Translations under genes and position numbers: made by a program
Part shown: in pieces, positions 10,101 to 18,065 of the stretch
How positions within the stretch are numbered: position 1 is the first letter of the stretch
Layout of the letters: every line of letters begins with the position of its first letter
Notes under the pieces: model-generated
Databases searched by the model: none
What the model was told of the DNA's origin: nothing
What the model saw: the letters and a program-made list of their open reading frames with translations, nothing else
Assembly (NCBI GenBank): GCA_012031635.1
Contig: JAAUUE010000001.1
Span: 1-42,206 of the forward strand
Direction: 5' to 3'
Length of the DNA stretch: 42,206 nucleotides
Origin: Coleofasciculaceae cyanobacterium SM2_1_6
Lineage (GTDB): Bacteria; Cyanobacteriota; Cyanobacteriia; Cyanobacteriales; JAAUUE01

Positions 10101-12815
10101 GATAATCATGTTATAAACTTCAGCTTGATCTAGAGCTGTTTTTGCCCTCTGGACTGTTTCTTGGAGCCAACTTTCTGCAAGCTGAAAATTGCCATTTAGG
10201 TACTCCACCTCTGCTCGTTCCCGATACAAAGCTAAACTCAATTCATAATTTTTTCGCCAGTGATCAACCGGGAGCAAATCTATGCCTGTGGTGATGTAGG
10301 TCAAGGCTCCAGTATAAGCTGTAGCAGTTTTTGCCTTAATACCTGCCAATAAATTCAGGTGAGCTAATTCTTCTCTAGAAATAGTTTGTTCTCCTTGATT
10401 AATTTGATTAATTTGATTAATTTGATCTGATTGATTAATTTGATCCGGCAAGCTTACTTGATCTGGTAAATTGGGCTGGGAAATAATATCAGTAAAGTTA
10501 CCAAGATTTAAATGATTTACTATTTCAAAAATTCGCTCTTCTTTTTCTGGTGTTGATAACTTCTTAAGTAATAGAATACCGATATAAAAATGAATAGATT
10601 GTTTTTGATCCGGATCAATGAGAGAGTAAGTCGCCTGTTGGACTCGATCGTGAAGAAACTTGTAGGAAACTGTCAGCTCGTTATAGGAATCTGTTTCTAG
10701 CTGATCTAGAGATTCCAGCTCTGGAGACTGAAAAAACTTATAAACTTCGCTAATTGGTAGAATTAATCCTACTTCCAAAGCCATCCACAGAGCCGTCGCC
10801 ACCTCTGTAGGCGATCGCTCCGAAACAATTGCTAAGGTTGATAAATCAAACTGATTCCCAATACAAGCTGCCAATTTTAAGACTTCTTGAGTTTCTGGGG
10901 GTAACTTCTGCAATTGCTGTGCCATAAATTCGACAACATCATCAGTAATGGCAGCTTCTCTAACTTTGGCAATATCACACCGCCAGTAGCCTCCTTGCAT
11001 ATCAAACTCAATTAACCGCTCTTGATGTAAAACCTTGAGAAATTGGGTGACAAAAAATGGATTTCCTTGAGTTTTTTGATATATCAATTCTGCGAGAGGC
11101 TGCTCTAAATTGTCATCACAGCTAAGAGTATCAGCCACTAAATAATTAATACTATTTTGATCCAGAGGTTCTAAGGTAATTGTATTTACTTCTGCTCCAG
11201 ACCTCATTACTAAATCTAGGGTTAACATCAGAGGGTGAGTAGCAGATACTTCGTTATGCCGATAAGCCCCAATTAAGAGTAAGTATCCTGTGGTGGCGGC
11301 AGACATTAGTAATTGAATTAGACTGAAAGAAGCTGAATCTGCCCATTGGAGATCATCGAGGAAAATAACTAAAGGATGCTCTGGTCTAGTAAATACCTGA
11401 ATAAACTTTTGGAAAAGTAAATTAAAGCGATTCTGGGCAGCACTGCCGCCTAGGGCTGGAGCTGGAGGTTGCACACCAATAATTTGTTCTAGCTCTGGAA
11501 TTACCTCTGTAATCACCTGACTGTTTTCACCCAAAGCGTGGCGGATTTTCGATCGCCACTTTTGGAGGTCATGATCATTCTCCGCAAGAAGTTGCCCTAT
11601 CAAATCTTGAAAGGCTTGGACAAAAGCCCTAAGGGGAATATTTCGATTAAATTGATCAAACTTTCCTTGGATAAAATAACCCCGTTGTCGAGTAATGGGT
11701 TTATGAATTTCATGGACAACTACTGTTTTTCCTACCCCCGATAAACCCGCCACTAACATCATTTCTGTTCTGCCTCTACTGACTCTTTCAAAGGCAGTCA
11801 ATAACTCCATCACTTCATTTTCTCGACCGTAGAGCTTCTCCGGAATAGTGAAGCGATCGCTCAAGTCCCGTTCTCCCAATCTAAATACATCGATAGTTGC
11901 CGTTGCTTGAAATTGCTCCCAACAAATTTGTAAATCATGCTTCAAACCCAAGGCACTTTGATAGCGATCCTCAGCATTTTTTGCCATGAGCTTGCTCACA
12001 ATATTAGACAAAACTAAGGGGATTTGCTCATTAACCTGATGCATGGGCATTGCTTGTTTTGCAAGGTGACAATGGATTAATTCCATCGGTTCTTGAGAAA
12101 TAAAAGGTAGATTTCCAGTTAATAATTCATAGAAAGTAATACCCAAAGCATAGAAATCGCTACGATAGTCAATACCCCGATTCATTCGTCCAGTTTGTTC
12201 TGGGGATATGTAAGCTAAAGTTCCCTCCAAGGTATTATTCTGGAGTTCCTTGATTTCTCTCGGCAGGAGTGAAGAAATACTAAAGTCGATTAATTTAACT
12301 TGCTTAGTATCTGGATTAATTAATATATTATCTGGCTTAATATCTTTATGAATAACTCGATTTTGATATAGATAGTGTAGAGTATCTGTCAATTGTAGAG
12401 CTATGTCAAAAAAATCTGTTAAGGGAATAGTTAGAGTAGGTTGATTTCCTATTGCTAATATCTCTTGGTTTGAGATTTCTTGATTTGAGATTTCTTGGTT
12501 TAATGATCTCAGGTAACTAGATAGAGGAATACCACCAAAGTCCTCCATTACTAGGGCATAGGTATTGTAGTATGCTTCCAAATCTAAAGATTTAACTATA
12601 TGAGGAGAATCAAGATTTCTAGTGATTGTATATTGGTTACGAAACTTCAATAGTTCATTGAGAGAAGGATAATCATTTTTTAGTAGCTTAATAACAACAG
12701 GCAATTGTTCATTAGTCTGGTCGTTAGTATGGATAGCTCTGTACACCAAGGTGCGAGTCCCAACATAGATCTGCTCTGTTAATTGGTAACCCGGTAGTTT
12801 TGTAATTATATCCAT
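7140..12815 (-). CDS. HstK-type giant signalling protein: Ser/Thr protein kinase, AAA/STAND-like NTPase, TPR-like helical region, GAF, histidine kinase
   Basis: 1891-aa ORF. Kinase motifs [32 protein letters not shown]. Walker A GLSGVGKT and Walker [13 protein letters not shown]. ~800 aa helical repeat region. GAF (LLLKQS...VLYLEND). H-box [14 protein letters not shown]; DNGAGM; [15 protein letters not shown]. Confidence 0.85.
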   Translation of the reverse strand: MDIITKLPGYQLTEQIYVGTRTLVYRAIHTNDQTNEQLPVVIKLLKNDYPSLNELLKFRNQYTITRNLDSPHIVKSLDLEAYYNTYALVMEDFGGIPLSSYLRSLNQEISNQEISNQEILAIGNQPTLTIPLTDFFDIALQLTDTLHYLYQNRVIHKDIKPDNILINPDTKQVKLIDFSISSLLPREIKELQNNTLEGTLAYISPEQTGRMNRGIDYRSDFYALGITFYELLTGNLPFISQEPMELIHCHLAKQAMPMHQVNEQIPLVLSNIVSKLMAKNAEDRYQSALGLKHDLQICWEQFQATATIDVFRLGERDLSDRFTIPEKLYGRENEVMELLTAFERVSRGRTEMMLVAGLSGVGKTVVVHEIHKPITRQRGYFIQGKFDQFNRNIPLRAFVQAFQDLIGQLLAENDHDLQKWRSKIRHALGENSQVITEVIPELEQIIGVQPPAPALGGSAAQNRFNLLFQKFIQVFTRPEHPLVIFLDDLQWADSASFSLIQLLMSAATTGYLLLIGAYRHNEVSATHPLMLTLDLVMRSGAEVNTITLEPLDQNSINYLVADTLSCDDNLEQPLAELIYQKTQGNPFFVTQFLKVLHQERLIEFDMQGGYWRCDIAKVREAAITDDVVEFMAQQLQKLPPETQEVLKLAACIGNQFDLSTLAIVSERSPTEVATALWMALEVGLILPISEVYKFFQSPELESLDQLETDSYNELTVSYKFLHDRVQQATYSLIDPDQKQSIHFYIGILLLKKLSTPEKEERIFEIVNHLNLGNFTDIISQPNLPDQVSLPDQINQSDQINQINQINQGEQTISREELAHLNLLAGIKAKTATAYTGALTYITTGIDLLPVDHWRKNYELSLALYRERAEVEYLNGNFQLAESWLQETVQRAKTALDQAEVYNMIILQHTLQANYPEAIQAGRQGLALVNVDLPEVDLEIVRDRELAVIQETMQGRSFSDLANLPIMTQPEQKMAIKLLISMGPPTYRSHQKLWSVICTKAINLCLQYGNTPEIGYIYPALGSLRGYALNNYQNTEELLQVTLQLIQGFNNKSAESVAYLMIGSSLRHWSHPLSKATEDYLVSYQIGLESSNLQYAAYAFGHNMYCRFYQSIPLEQLLIEISESLTFSQKYKNQWAIDLFWGGQIIISKYIGIDFYLQESTYLEQCHQHKNWQVICIYNIFKSQLLFFFEQIEAAFQYGRQAEQEIVNVAPQGLMPYVHHCFIYPLLLLARYPNLSIEEQLSSWQKISDYQQLLELWAKNNPVNFQHLSCLVAAEMARVSGDKLAAIENYDRAIAIAKTNKYIQEEALANELAAKFYLEWDKDKVAAGYMQEAYYCYIHWGAKAKVIDLESRYPQLLMPILQQVRTADVLREITSQDTISQETIAFVQTSTSISESLDLATLLKASQAISGEIELDQLLTTVLEILIANAGATKCALLLKQSLGLEVVALVKEGQSPQLLPSIPLELSQDVAISLVNNVKRSKQPIVLTDACISPYFATDIYLQEHQPRSVICSPVLSQGNLIGVLYLENDLTTGVFTSNRIEILNLISAQAAISLENVRLYQSVQQAFSDLKQAQLTIVQSEKMSALGNLVAGIAHEINNPIGFLSGNIQPALDYINDVLGLVDLYEAKYPQTDPEIQAEIETIDLDYIREDLPKLVGSMREGVKRIQDISNSLRTFSRADSDRPIKCNIHDGIDSTIMILKHRLKANETRPEIQVIKDYGDLPQIECYAGQLNQVFMNILANAIDALEEANVGRSYFDIQAAPNQITVRTEVANFSDLTHDQLPHQSGDNLPNELPNELPNELLNKPQTRSQTQAIIYIRDNGAGMSEAVRAKIFDDLFTTKGVGKGTGLGLAIAQQVVVEKHHGKIQVKSELGRGTEFIINLPIKNLTI
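7404..7439 (-). repeat. In-frame 12-bp tandem repeat x3 (caattcattggg) encoding [12 protein letters not shown] inside the HATPase domain of the giant kinase
   Basis: Three exact consecutive units read directly. The translation shows [15 protein letters not shown] between the N-box and G1-box. Confidence 0.9.
10395..10448 (-). repeat. In-frame 9-bp tandem repeat (ttgattaat and variants, ~6 units) encoding QIN/QSD repeats in the giant kinase
   Basis: Three perfect plus three variant units read directly. The protein reads [20 protein letters not shown]. Confidence 0.9.
12463..12507 (-). repeat. In-frame 15-bp tandem repeat (~3 units) encoding NQEIS repeats inside the Ser/Thr kinase domain
   Basis: tcttggtttgagatt / tcttgatttgagatt / tcttggtttaatgat read directly. 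The protein reads [17 protein letters not shown]. Confidence 0.85.
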
Positions 12816-13092
12816 AGCTTAGCTTTTTGGGGTCTAAGGAAATTATTAATTATGTATCAAAATTAAGGCGAGGCTGAGGTTGTTTCTACTCTTTTTAGTT
12901 AATTTACTGAATAAACTAAATCTGTATAAAGTAAACTCTCTTATCATATATTAAAATTAATTGCCTAAACTCTGGATTGAGATATACGAGTTTTCTCGAT
13001 AAGAATAAAACTTAGGTATTGTTGAATCCTACTTTTTTGGATTTTTTAGATTTTTCAGGCTTTATTCTTGGGGACAATTTCTTCAGGTCAAT

Positions 13093-13188
13093 CTATATAG
13101 CAGTCCTAAATGATTTCACCCGCCGCCGGCGGGTGGAATAACCTGCCAGAAACAATCTAATTTAGAAAATGATTTAGGATCGCCATAG
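13093..13188 (+). mobile_element. MITE-like dispersed repeat, family 1, copy A (~95 bp; imperfect ~17-bp terminal inverted repeats; central GC-rich hairpin)
   Basis: The 5' end gcagtcctaaatgattt matches the reverse complement of the 3' end, gcgatcctaaatcattt (14/17). Central palindrome cacccgccg-c-cggcgggtg. It aligns along its whole length with 17375-17466, 29124-29217 and the reverse complement of 28301-28389. Confidence 0.65.
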
Positions 13189-13321
13189 TTAATAATTAGT
13201 TAATAATTATAGGTAATAATTAGGGATGTCAAACAATTAGGGATATCTACCAAACCTTAGAGAAAATTATTCCTAAAAAATTATCCTCTTTCTGGAGCTA
13301 CTAATAATTTTGAAAAACATC

Positions 13322-13993
13322 ATGACGAGCAGAATTATTTTTGTGTTTTTGTGGTTGGGGCTTACGAGTTATGCTTTTTTCTTAGCTCCCCCGGATGATC
13401 CCAATACATTAGTTTTAATTAGTAACTTGGTTAACATGCGATTAGATGGGATCAACCCTCTAGTCGTGGCTCTGTTTAACTTGATGGGCATCTTTCCCTT
13501 ACTCTACGGGTGTCTGATGTTTACCGATGGACGGGGACAAAAACTGCCAGCGTGGTTGTTTGCGATCGCTTCCTTTGCGGTGGGGGCTTTTGCAATTCTG
13601 CCCTACTTGGCGTGGCGATCGCCCAACCCGCATTTTTCAGGCAATAAAGGCTGGGGTTTAGTAATTTGGGAATCGAGACTGACGGGGATGGTGTTACTAG
13701 CCGGGGCGATCGGACTTCTATATTATGGCATCACTCAAGGTAACTGGGCAGATTTTGTCCAGCAATGGCAAACTAGTAGATTCATCCACGTGATGAGCCT
13801 AGATTTCTTAACGCTCTGCCTAGTTTTTCCGGCTCTCCTCGGAGATGACATGGCAAGAAGAAAGCTCGACAATCCCCAAATCTTCTGGACAATAGCCCTC
13901 TGTCCCCTACTGGGTTCTCTTCTCTACCTCTGCCTGCGTCCCCCCTTACCACCATCTCCAGTGGATTCTCTGGTCGCTATCTCTAGCGATTAA
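13322..13993 (+). CDS. Conserved-looking polytopic membrane protein of unknown function
   Basis: ORF with ~6 hydrophobic helices. The track start at 13310 is TTG, so I prefer the ATG at 13322 (MTSRIIFVFLWL...). Its 3' end overlaps the convergent SDR gene by 11 bp. Confidence 0.55.
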   Translation: MTSRIIFVFLWLGLTSYAFFLAPPDDPNTLVLISNLVNMRLDGINPLVVALFNLMGIFPLLYGCLMFTDGRGQKLPAWLFAIASFAVGAFAILPYLAWRSPNPHFSGNKGWGLVIWESRLTGMVLLAGAIGLLYYGITQGNWADFVQQWQTSRFIHVMSLDFLTLCLVFPALLGDDMARRKLDNPQIFWTIALCPLLGSLLYLCLRPPLPPSPVDSLVAISSD

Positions 13994-14966
13994 AAATATC
14001 GTAGCGTTGACCAATACGTCCTTGGTTTTCTCGATACCAATCCATGACTTCCTTGATCCCCTCTTCTAGAGAAATTGTTGGTTCGTAGCCGATCGCCCTT
14101 GCTTTGGTAATATCCAGAATTCGTTTGCGATCGCCCGTAGGCTTGGAGGTATCCCAGACCAACTCTGGTCTCTGGTCAAGGTTGCTAATTACAGTTTCCA
14201 CCAAATCCTTAATAGAAACTCCCACCCCACTGCCCAAATTAATCGCTTCTACTACTCCATCTACCGAAGGTTGCGCCGCAGCTAGGATCATCCCCTTAGC
14301 CACATCTCGTGCATGAACAAAATCTCGCTCAATTAAGCCATCTCCCCACACCGTGAACGGGTTTTCTCCATCTACAGCTCGTTTGATCAAAGAAGGAATC
14401 ACCATGGCGTTCTTTAGATCAAAATTGTCGTATAAGCCATAAACATTGGCGGGGCGGACGATCGCTAAATTCAGATCCTGATATTCCTGTTGATACGCCA
14501 TCACCTGCAATTCCCCAGCCCGTTTTGCCCAACCGGGAAACTTATCATTGTCCGAAGGAAAAGTATTCCAGACAGTATCTTCATAAAAAACTTCTGCGGG
14601 GGCATAGACAGCGATCGAGCTAGTGAATAAATAGCCCCCACAACCCGAACTTCTGGCAGCTTCTAATAAATTAATACTCAAACTCACGGTATTAAAAAAG
14701 AAAGTCCCCGGCTGCATTTTTCCCATCATCGGGGAGCCCTTCACCCCCAAAAGGTTAAACACATAATCCATGCCTTGACAAACCTGTTTGCAGTTTTCTA
14801 GCACCGTTAAATTCGTCGGCACAAACGCCGCCCCCGGTGGACAGCGAGAAGGATCATCCAAGGACGAAACCCGTACCGATGCTCCCTCAGCCAACAACAT
14901 TTCAACTAAGGGAATACCGATTAAGCCCGTCCCTCCAGCAACTAAAACCTTCTTTCCTTTAAACAT
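13983..14966 (-). CDS. Extended short-chain dehydrogenase/reductase (NAD-dependent epimerase/dehydratase family), paralogue 1, atypical active site
   Basis: N-terminal Rossmann motif VLVAGGTGLIG. FTSSIAVY (catalytic Ser region). PGWAK sits where YxxxK is expected. RPANVYG. ATG start, 95 bp downstream of the radical SAM gene on the same strand. Confidence 0.8.
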   Translation of the reverse strand: MFKGKKVLVAGGTGLIGIPLVEMLLAEGASVRVSSLDDPSRCPPGAAFVPTNLTVLENCKQVCQGMDYVFNLLGVKGSPMMGKMQPGTFFFNTVSLSINLLEAARSSGCGGYLFTSSIAVYAPAEVFYEDTVWNTFPSDNDKFPGWAKRAGELQVMAYQQEYQDLNLAIVRPANVYGLYDNFDLKNAMVIPSLIKRAVDGENPFTVWGDGLIERDFVHARDVAKGMILAAAQPSVDGVVEAINLGSGVGVSIKDLVETVISNLDQRPELVWDTSKPTGDRKRILDITKARAIGYEPTISLEEGIKEVMDWYRENQGRIGQRYDIFNR

Positions 14967-15060
14967 GAAAAACTATTATCGAGAATATTAAATTGGCAAA
15001 ATTGATCATCGAAAACTTGCATTTTCCAGCTTTCTCAGACCTTGAAATAGAGAACAATCC

Positions 15061-17091
15061 CTAAACAGTCTGAGGAACTGATTCCCTAGACTCAGTTGGC
15101 TCTAAAAGAGAGACATTTTTATAAAGATAAGCTCCTTTTTTATTCCCCCACCAAACAACTTCTTGATACCATGCTTCCCAAGATTGTTTATTAGCTGAAA
15201 GACGATCGATCCTATACTTGCGGACTTCCTGTTCCAAAGGAATTTTTACGCCTTGGCGGGCAGCTTGGTAAACTTCCCAAATATTGTGCCATAGTTCAAT
15301 TTCCAGATTTTCCGTCTGAAAAGGCTGATTTACTAGACTCCGGTTGAGTTTAATTGCTTCATGCAAGATCAAAGGCATACTGATAAATTTGGCATCCAAA
15401 AACCGAGTTAATACCAACTTAGCCTCTTGGTAGAAATCATCTAGCTTATCTTCCTTCGTGAGCTTGATAAAAATATATTCATCAGCAGGCCACCAAATAT
15501 TTAACCACTCTTCCGACTTGGCGTACTCTTCACCCCCATTTTGAATCTTTCTCGCTTCCCCCAAGAAAAATTCTCTAATTTCTTTAAGAATAGGAAAATC
15601 GTCCAAATTACTATCGGTAAATATCTCAAACATTTCTCGATAGCTAAACCCACAAACTTCGTGCAACGTAATTAAAGGAATTTGTAAAATTTTATCAAAA
15701 TACAATAACGCCACCATCCAAGATAAGGCTCTAGTGCGGCACCAATCTTCCTTGGGCATGGCATCCGTGGCGATCACCAACTGTTGAGTTTCAATAATCC
15801 CTTCTGCATCTTCAATGAGCGAACCATGCATATTTACAATATTGGATTCCACCGTCACCATCCCGTATTTTTTTTGATATTCTGGATGACCCATTTCCGC
15901 ATTAGGCAGAATCGACAGATTATTAAACTGAATCCGGTTATGCTGCCCATTTTCGATCGCCCGGGAAATCCCATCAAAGAAGGTATCGTAGGTTTCCCCC
16001 GGTAGCGCCAAAATCAAATCCGAATAGGTTTCTACTTTATCCTGAGTAAAACGTTTTTGGAGTTCTTGGAAAGAATCAATGGAAATATTATGGCGCTTGA
16101 CACTTTTGAGGGTTTCTTTGTCCATAGACTGCATGGCGAGGGCAACGCCTTTATTTAAGCCCGAATCTGAGAGGAGTTTCTGGACTGCGTAGGAGCGCTC
16201 GGTGGCATTTTTGGTATTTTGCACCGAGAGGGCATGGGGATAGCCGTACTTTGCCTTGGCTTCAGCCACATATTTAGTGAGTTCCAAATCCCTCGGCAGA
16301 ATCCCGTAGTTGGCATCACAGCAGAAAATATACTCAATTTTGTTGGCAGCAAACCAATCCACTTCTTTATAAAGGCGCTCCATATCAAAGGCAAAAACCT
16401 TACTCTGGGTGGAAGAACCCCAATCGCAGTAAGTACAGGAGAAAGGACAGCCCCGGTTAGTTTCCCACAGAGCAATCCAGCTTTCTTGAGGATTCGCTTT
16501 AATTAATTCATCAAACACACCTTCTAGGTAAGGAGAAGGAATCACGGAAATATCTTTGAGTCGCTCGCCCTTGGGCTGATCCACAAAAGTTCCAGCATCC
16601 GTTAAATAGCTAATCCCCGGAATCTTTGACCAGTCACTGTCGGGGAAGTTTTCTAACAATTCTAAAAATACGGGTTCGCCTTCTCCGTGGCAGCAGATAT
16701 CAACAAAAGAGTTTTGGCGGATAAATTCTTCGCAGCGATCGGGAACTTGAGGTCCCCCAAAAATAATTAACACCTCTGGATTTTCTTGCTTGAGGCGACG
16801 GGCAATTTCTAGGGATATTTTGATATTCCAGACGTAGGTGCTAAACGCTACAATTTGAGCACCTTTGAGAGCTTGCACCCCTTGACCCACAGGAACACGG
16901 GAGTAGATCGGCAGAAGAAACTCGTACCGATGAGGTTCTTGGGCATACCTTTGAGCATAAGCCTGAAGTAACCCTACAGAATAGGGCAGGTAGTTCTGGT
17001 TAGAAAAGCTATTGTTGATCTGGACTAACCCTACCTTGATTTTGTCAGCAACTCTCTCAGGAGTTTTATCAGCAGCTATCACACTAGTCAT
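15061..17091 (-). CDS. Cobalamin-binding-domain (class B type) radical SAM enzyme with a long C-terminal extension
   Basis: 676-aa ORF. N-terminal B12-binding-like fold (IVAFSTYVWN, LIIFGGPQVP, CCHGEGEPVF). Radical SAM cluster motif RGCPFSCTYCDW (CxxxCxxC). ~250 aa C-terminal region without a motif I recognise. Confidence 0.8.
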   Translation of the reverse strand: MTSVIAADKTPERVADKIKVGLVQINNSFSNQNYLPYSVGLLQAYAQRYAQEPHRYEFLLPIYSRVPVGQGVQALKGAQIVAFSTYVWNIKISLEIARRLKQENPEVLIIFGGPQVPDRCEEFIRQNSFVDICCHGEGEPVFLELLENFPDSDWSKIPGISYLTDAGTFVDQPKGERLKDISVIPSPYLEGVFDELIKANPQESWIALWETNRGCPFSCTYCDWGSSTQSKVFAFDMERLYKEVDWFAANKIEYIFCCDANYGILPRDLELTKYVAEAKAKYGYPHALSVQNTKNATERSYAVQKLLSDSGLNKGVALAMQSMDKETLKSVKRHNISIDSFQELQKRFTQDKVETYSDLILALPGETYDTFFDGISRAIENGQHNRIQFNNLSILPNAEMGHPEYQKKYGMVTVESNIVNMHGSLIEDAEGIIETQQLVIATDAMPKEDWCRTRALSWMVALLYFDKILQIPLITLHEVCGFSYREMFEIFTDSNLDDFPILKEIREFFLGEARKIQNGGEEYAKSEEWLNIWWPADEYIFIKLTKEDKLDDFYQEAKLVLTRFLDAKFISMPLILHEAIKLNRSLVNQPFQTENLEIELWHNIWEVYQAARQGVKIPLEQEVRKYRIDRLSANKQSWEAWYQEVVWWGNKKGAYLYKNVSLLEPTESRESVPQTV

Positions 17092-17374
17092 AGAGAAAAA
17101 CCCTTGCTACATTTATTGAGGTCGTAACAACACTACAAGTTCTTATTAACTTATTCCGTATAGCCTTGTCAAGCAAGAGATTCTCCTTGAGATTTAGAGA
17201 AAGCCTCTGAGGGAAAATAATCTGGTTCAGAAGTTGATTTTAGATAGATAGGCTCTGGTAAATTAGTTCTGGTAAATTGGTGATGGTGCTGAAGGCGACT
17301 GATGAAAATCGCCCCCTAGTAGAAAAAAATTATATAGTTTTTTCACCAATGACATTTCTACTCCAACAATATTT

Positions 17375-17466
17375 CTATAGCAGTCCTAAGTGATTTCACC
17401 CGCCTCCGGCGGGTGAAATCACCTACCAGAAGCAATCTAATTTAGAAAATGATTTAGGATCGACAT
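17375..17466 (+). mobile_element. MITE-like dispersed repeat, family 1, copy B
   Basis: Near-identical to copy A. The central part forms a perfect 33-nt hairpin at 17390-17422: gtgatttcacccgcc-tcc-ggcgggtgaaatcac. Confidence 0.65.
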
Positions 17467-17478
17467 GTTAATAAAGAT

Positions 17479-17520
17479 GCCAATCAAACTAAGCCAATCA
17501 AACTAAGCCAATCAAACTAT
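17479..17520. repeat. 14-bp tandem repeat x3 (gccaatcaaactaa)
   Basis: Three consecutive units read directly. The array lies between MITE copy B and the family 2 element. Confidence 0.9.
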
Positions 17521-17612
17521 AGTCGTTGCCATAAAAGTTAGGACGAATTCGGCTGCGACTGCGCTCAGCCAACGTATCTGGTCTTGTCCTAATTAATCTG
17601 TCTAGCACTATA
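17517..17612 (+). mobile_element. Small dispersed repeat, family 2, uninterrupted copy (~95 bp)
   Basis: ctatagtcgttgccataaaagttaggacgaattcggctgcgactgcgctcagccaacgtatc...cttgtcctaattaatctgtctagcactata aligns with 24378-24477 plus 24623-24647. Internal inverted repeat ttaggac/gtcctaa. Confidence 0.6.
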
Positions 17613-17713
17613 ATACTATTGATTAACGAAATTAATAAAACTTTTCGCCCTTAAACATAGAATATTTTTCTCTAATATGTTTGCAATTTACTCCAGATTT
17701 CTAATGATTTATT

Positions 17714-17749
17714 ACTTGTAAACTTGTAAACTTGTAAACTTGTAAACTT
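17714..17749. repeat. 8-bp tandem repeat x4.5 (acttgtaa)
   Basis: Read directly. Confidence 0.9.
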
Positions 17750-17793
17750 AATTAACAGTAATTCTGCTTGCAAAATCTAATAATGAAAGTAGT

Positions 17794-17815
17794 AATTGAT
17801 CGAGAATTGATCGAG
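17794..17815. repeat. 11-bp direct duplication (aattgatcgag x2)
   Basis: Read directly. Confidence 0.85.
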
Positions 17816-18065
17816 AAAAAGCCAGACTCTTAAATTGAATACTGAATAGACTGAAAATCAAAGTCTTTTCATGTATTTTTCAGTACATACACTAGTGGAA
17901 ATCGTGTTCAAGAATCACAGGAATTTTAATTCTGGTCAGCCAAGTTTATAATCTTCAAGTCCCTCTTTTGTTGGCGTAACCTTCCCGTAAGATAGGGGGG
18001 TTTAGGGAGATCGCAATGTAGATTTACTAGTATAATATCGAGAGTTTATCTGTAGGTAATCACTC

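Noticed and set aside
17092-17340. Cobalamin riboswitch or RiPP precursor peptide upstream of the B12-type radical SAM gene.
   Set aside because: Reading the minus strand, I found no B12-box-like consensus and no ATG/GTG-initiated small ORF with a ribosome-binding site. The only open stretch (..ISRLQHHHQFTRTNLPEP..) lacks a start codon. I cannot exclude either without covariance-model or HMM searches.
17479-17749. Possible CRISPR array, considering also the arrays at 23755-23798 and 27181-27246.
   Set aside because: The units are 8-14 bp and directly abutting with no unique spacers. No cas genes or leader are present. These are simple tandem repeats.
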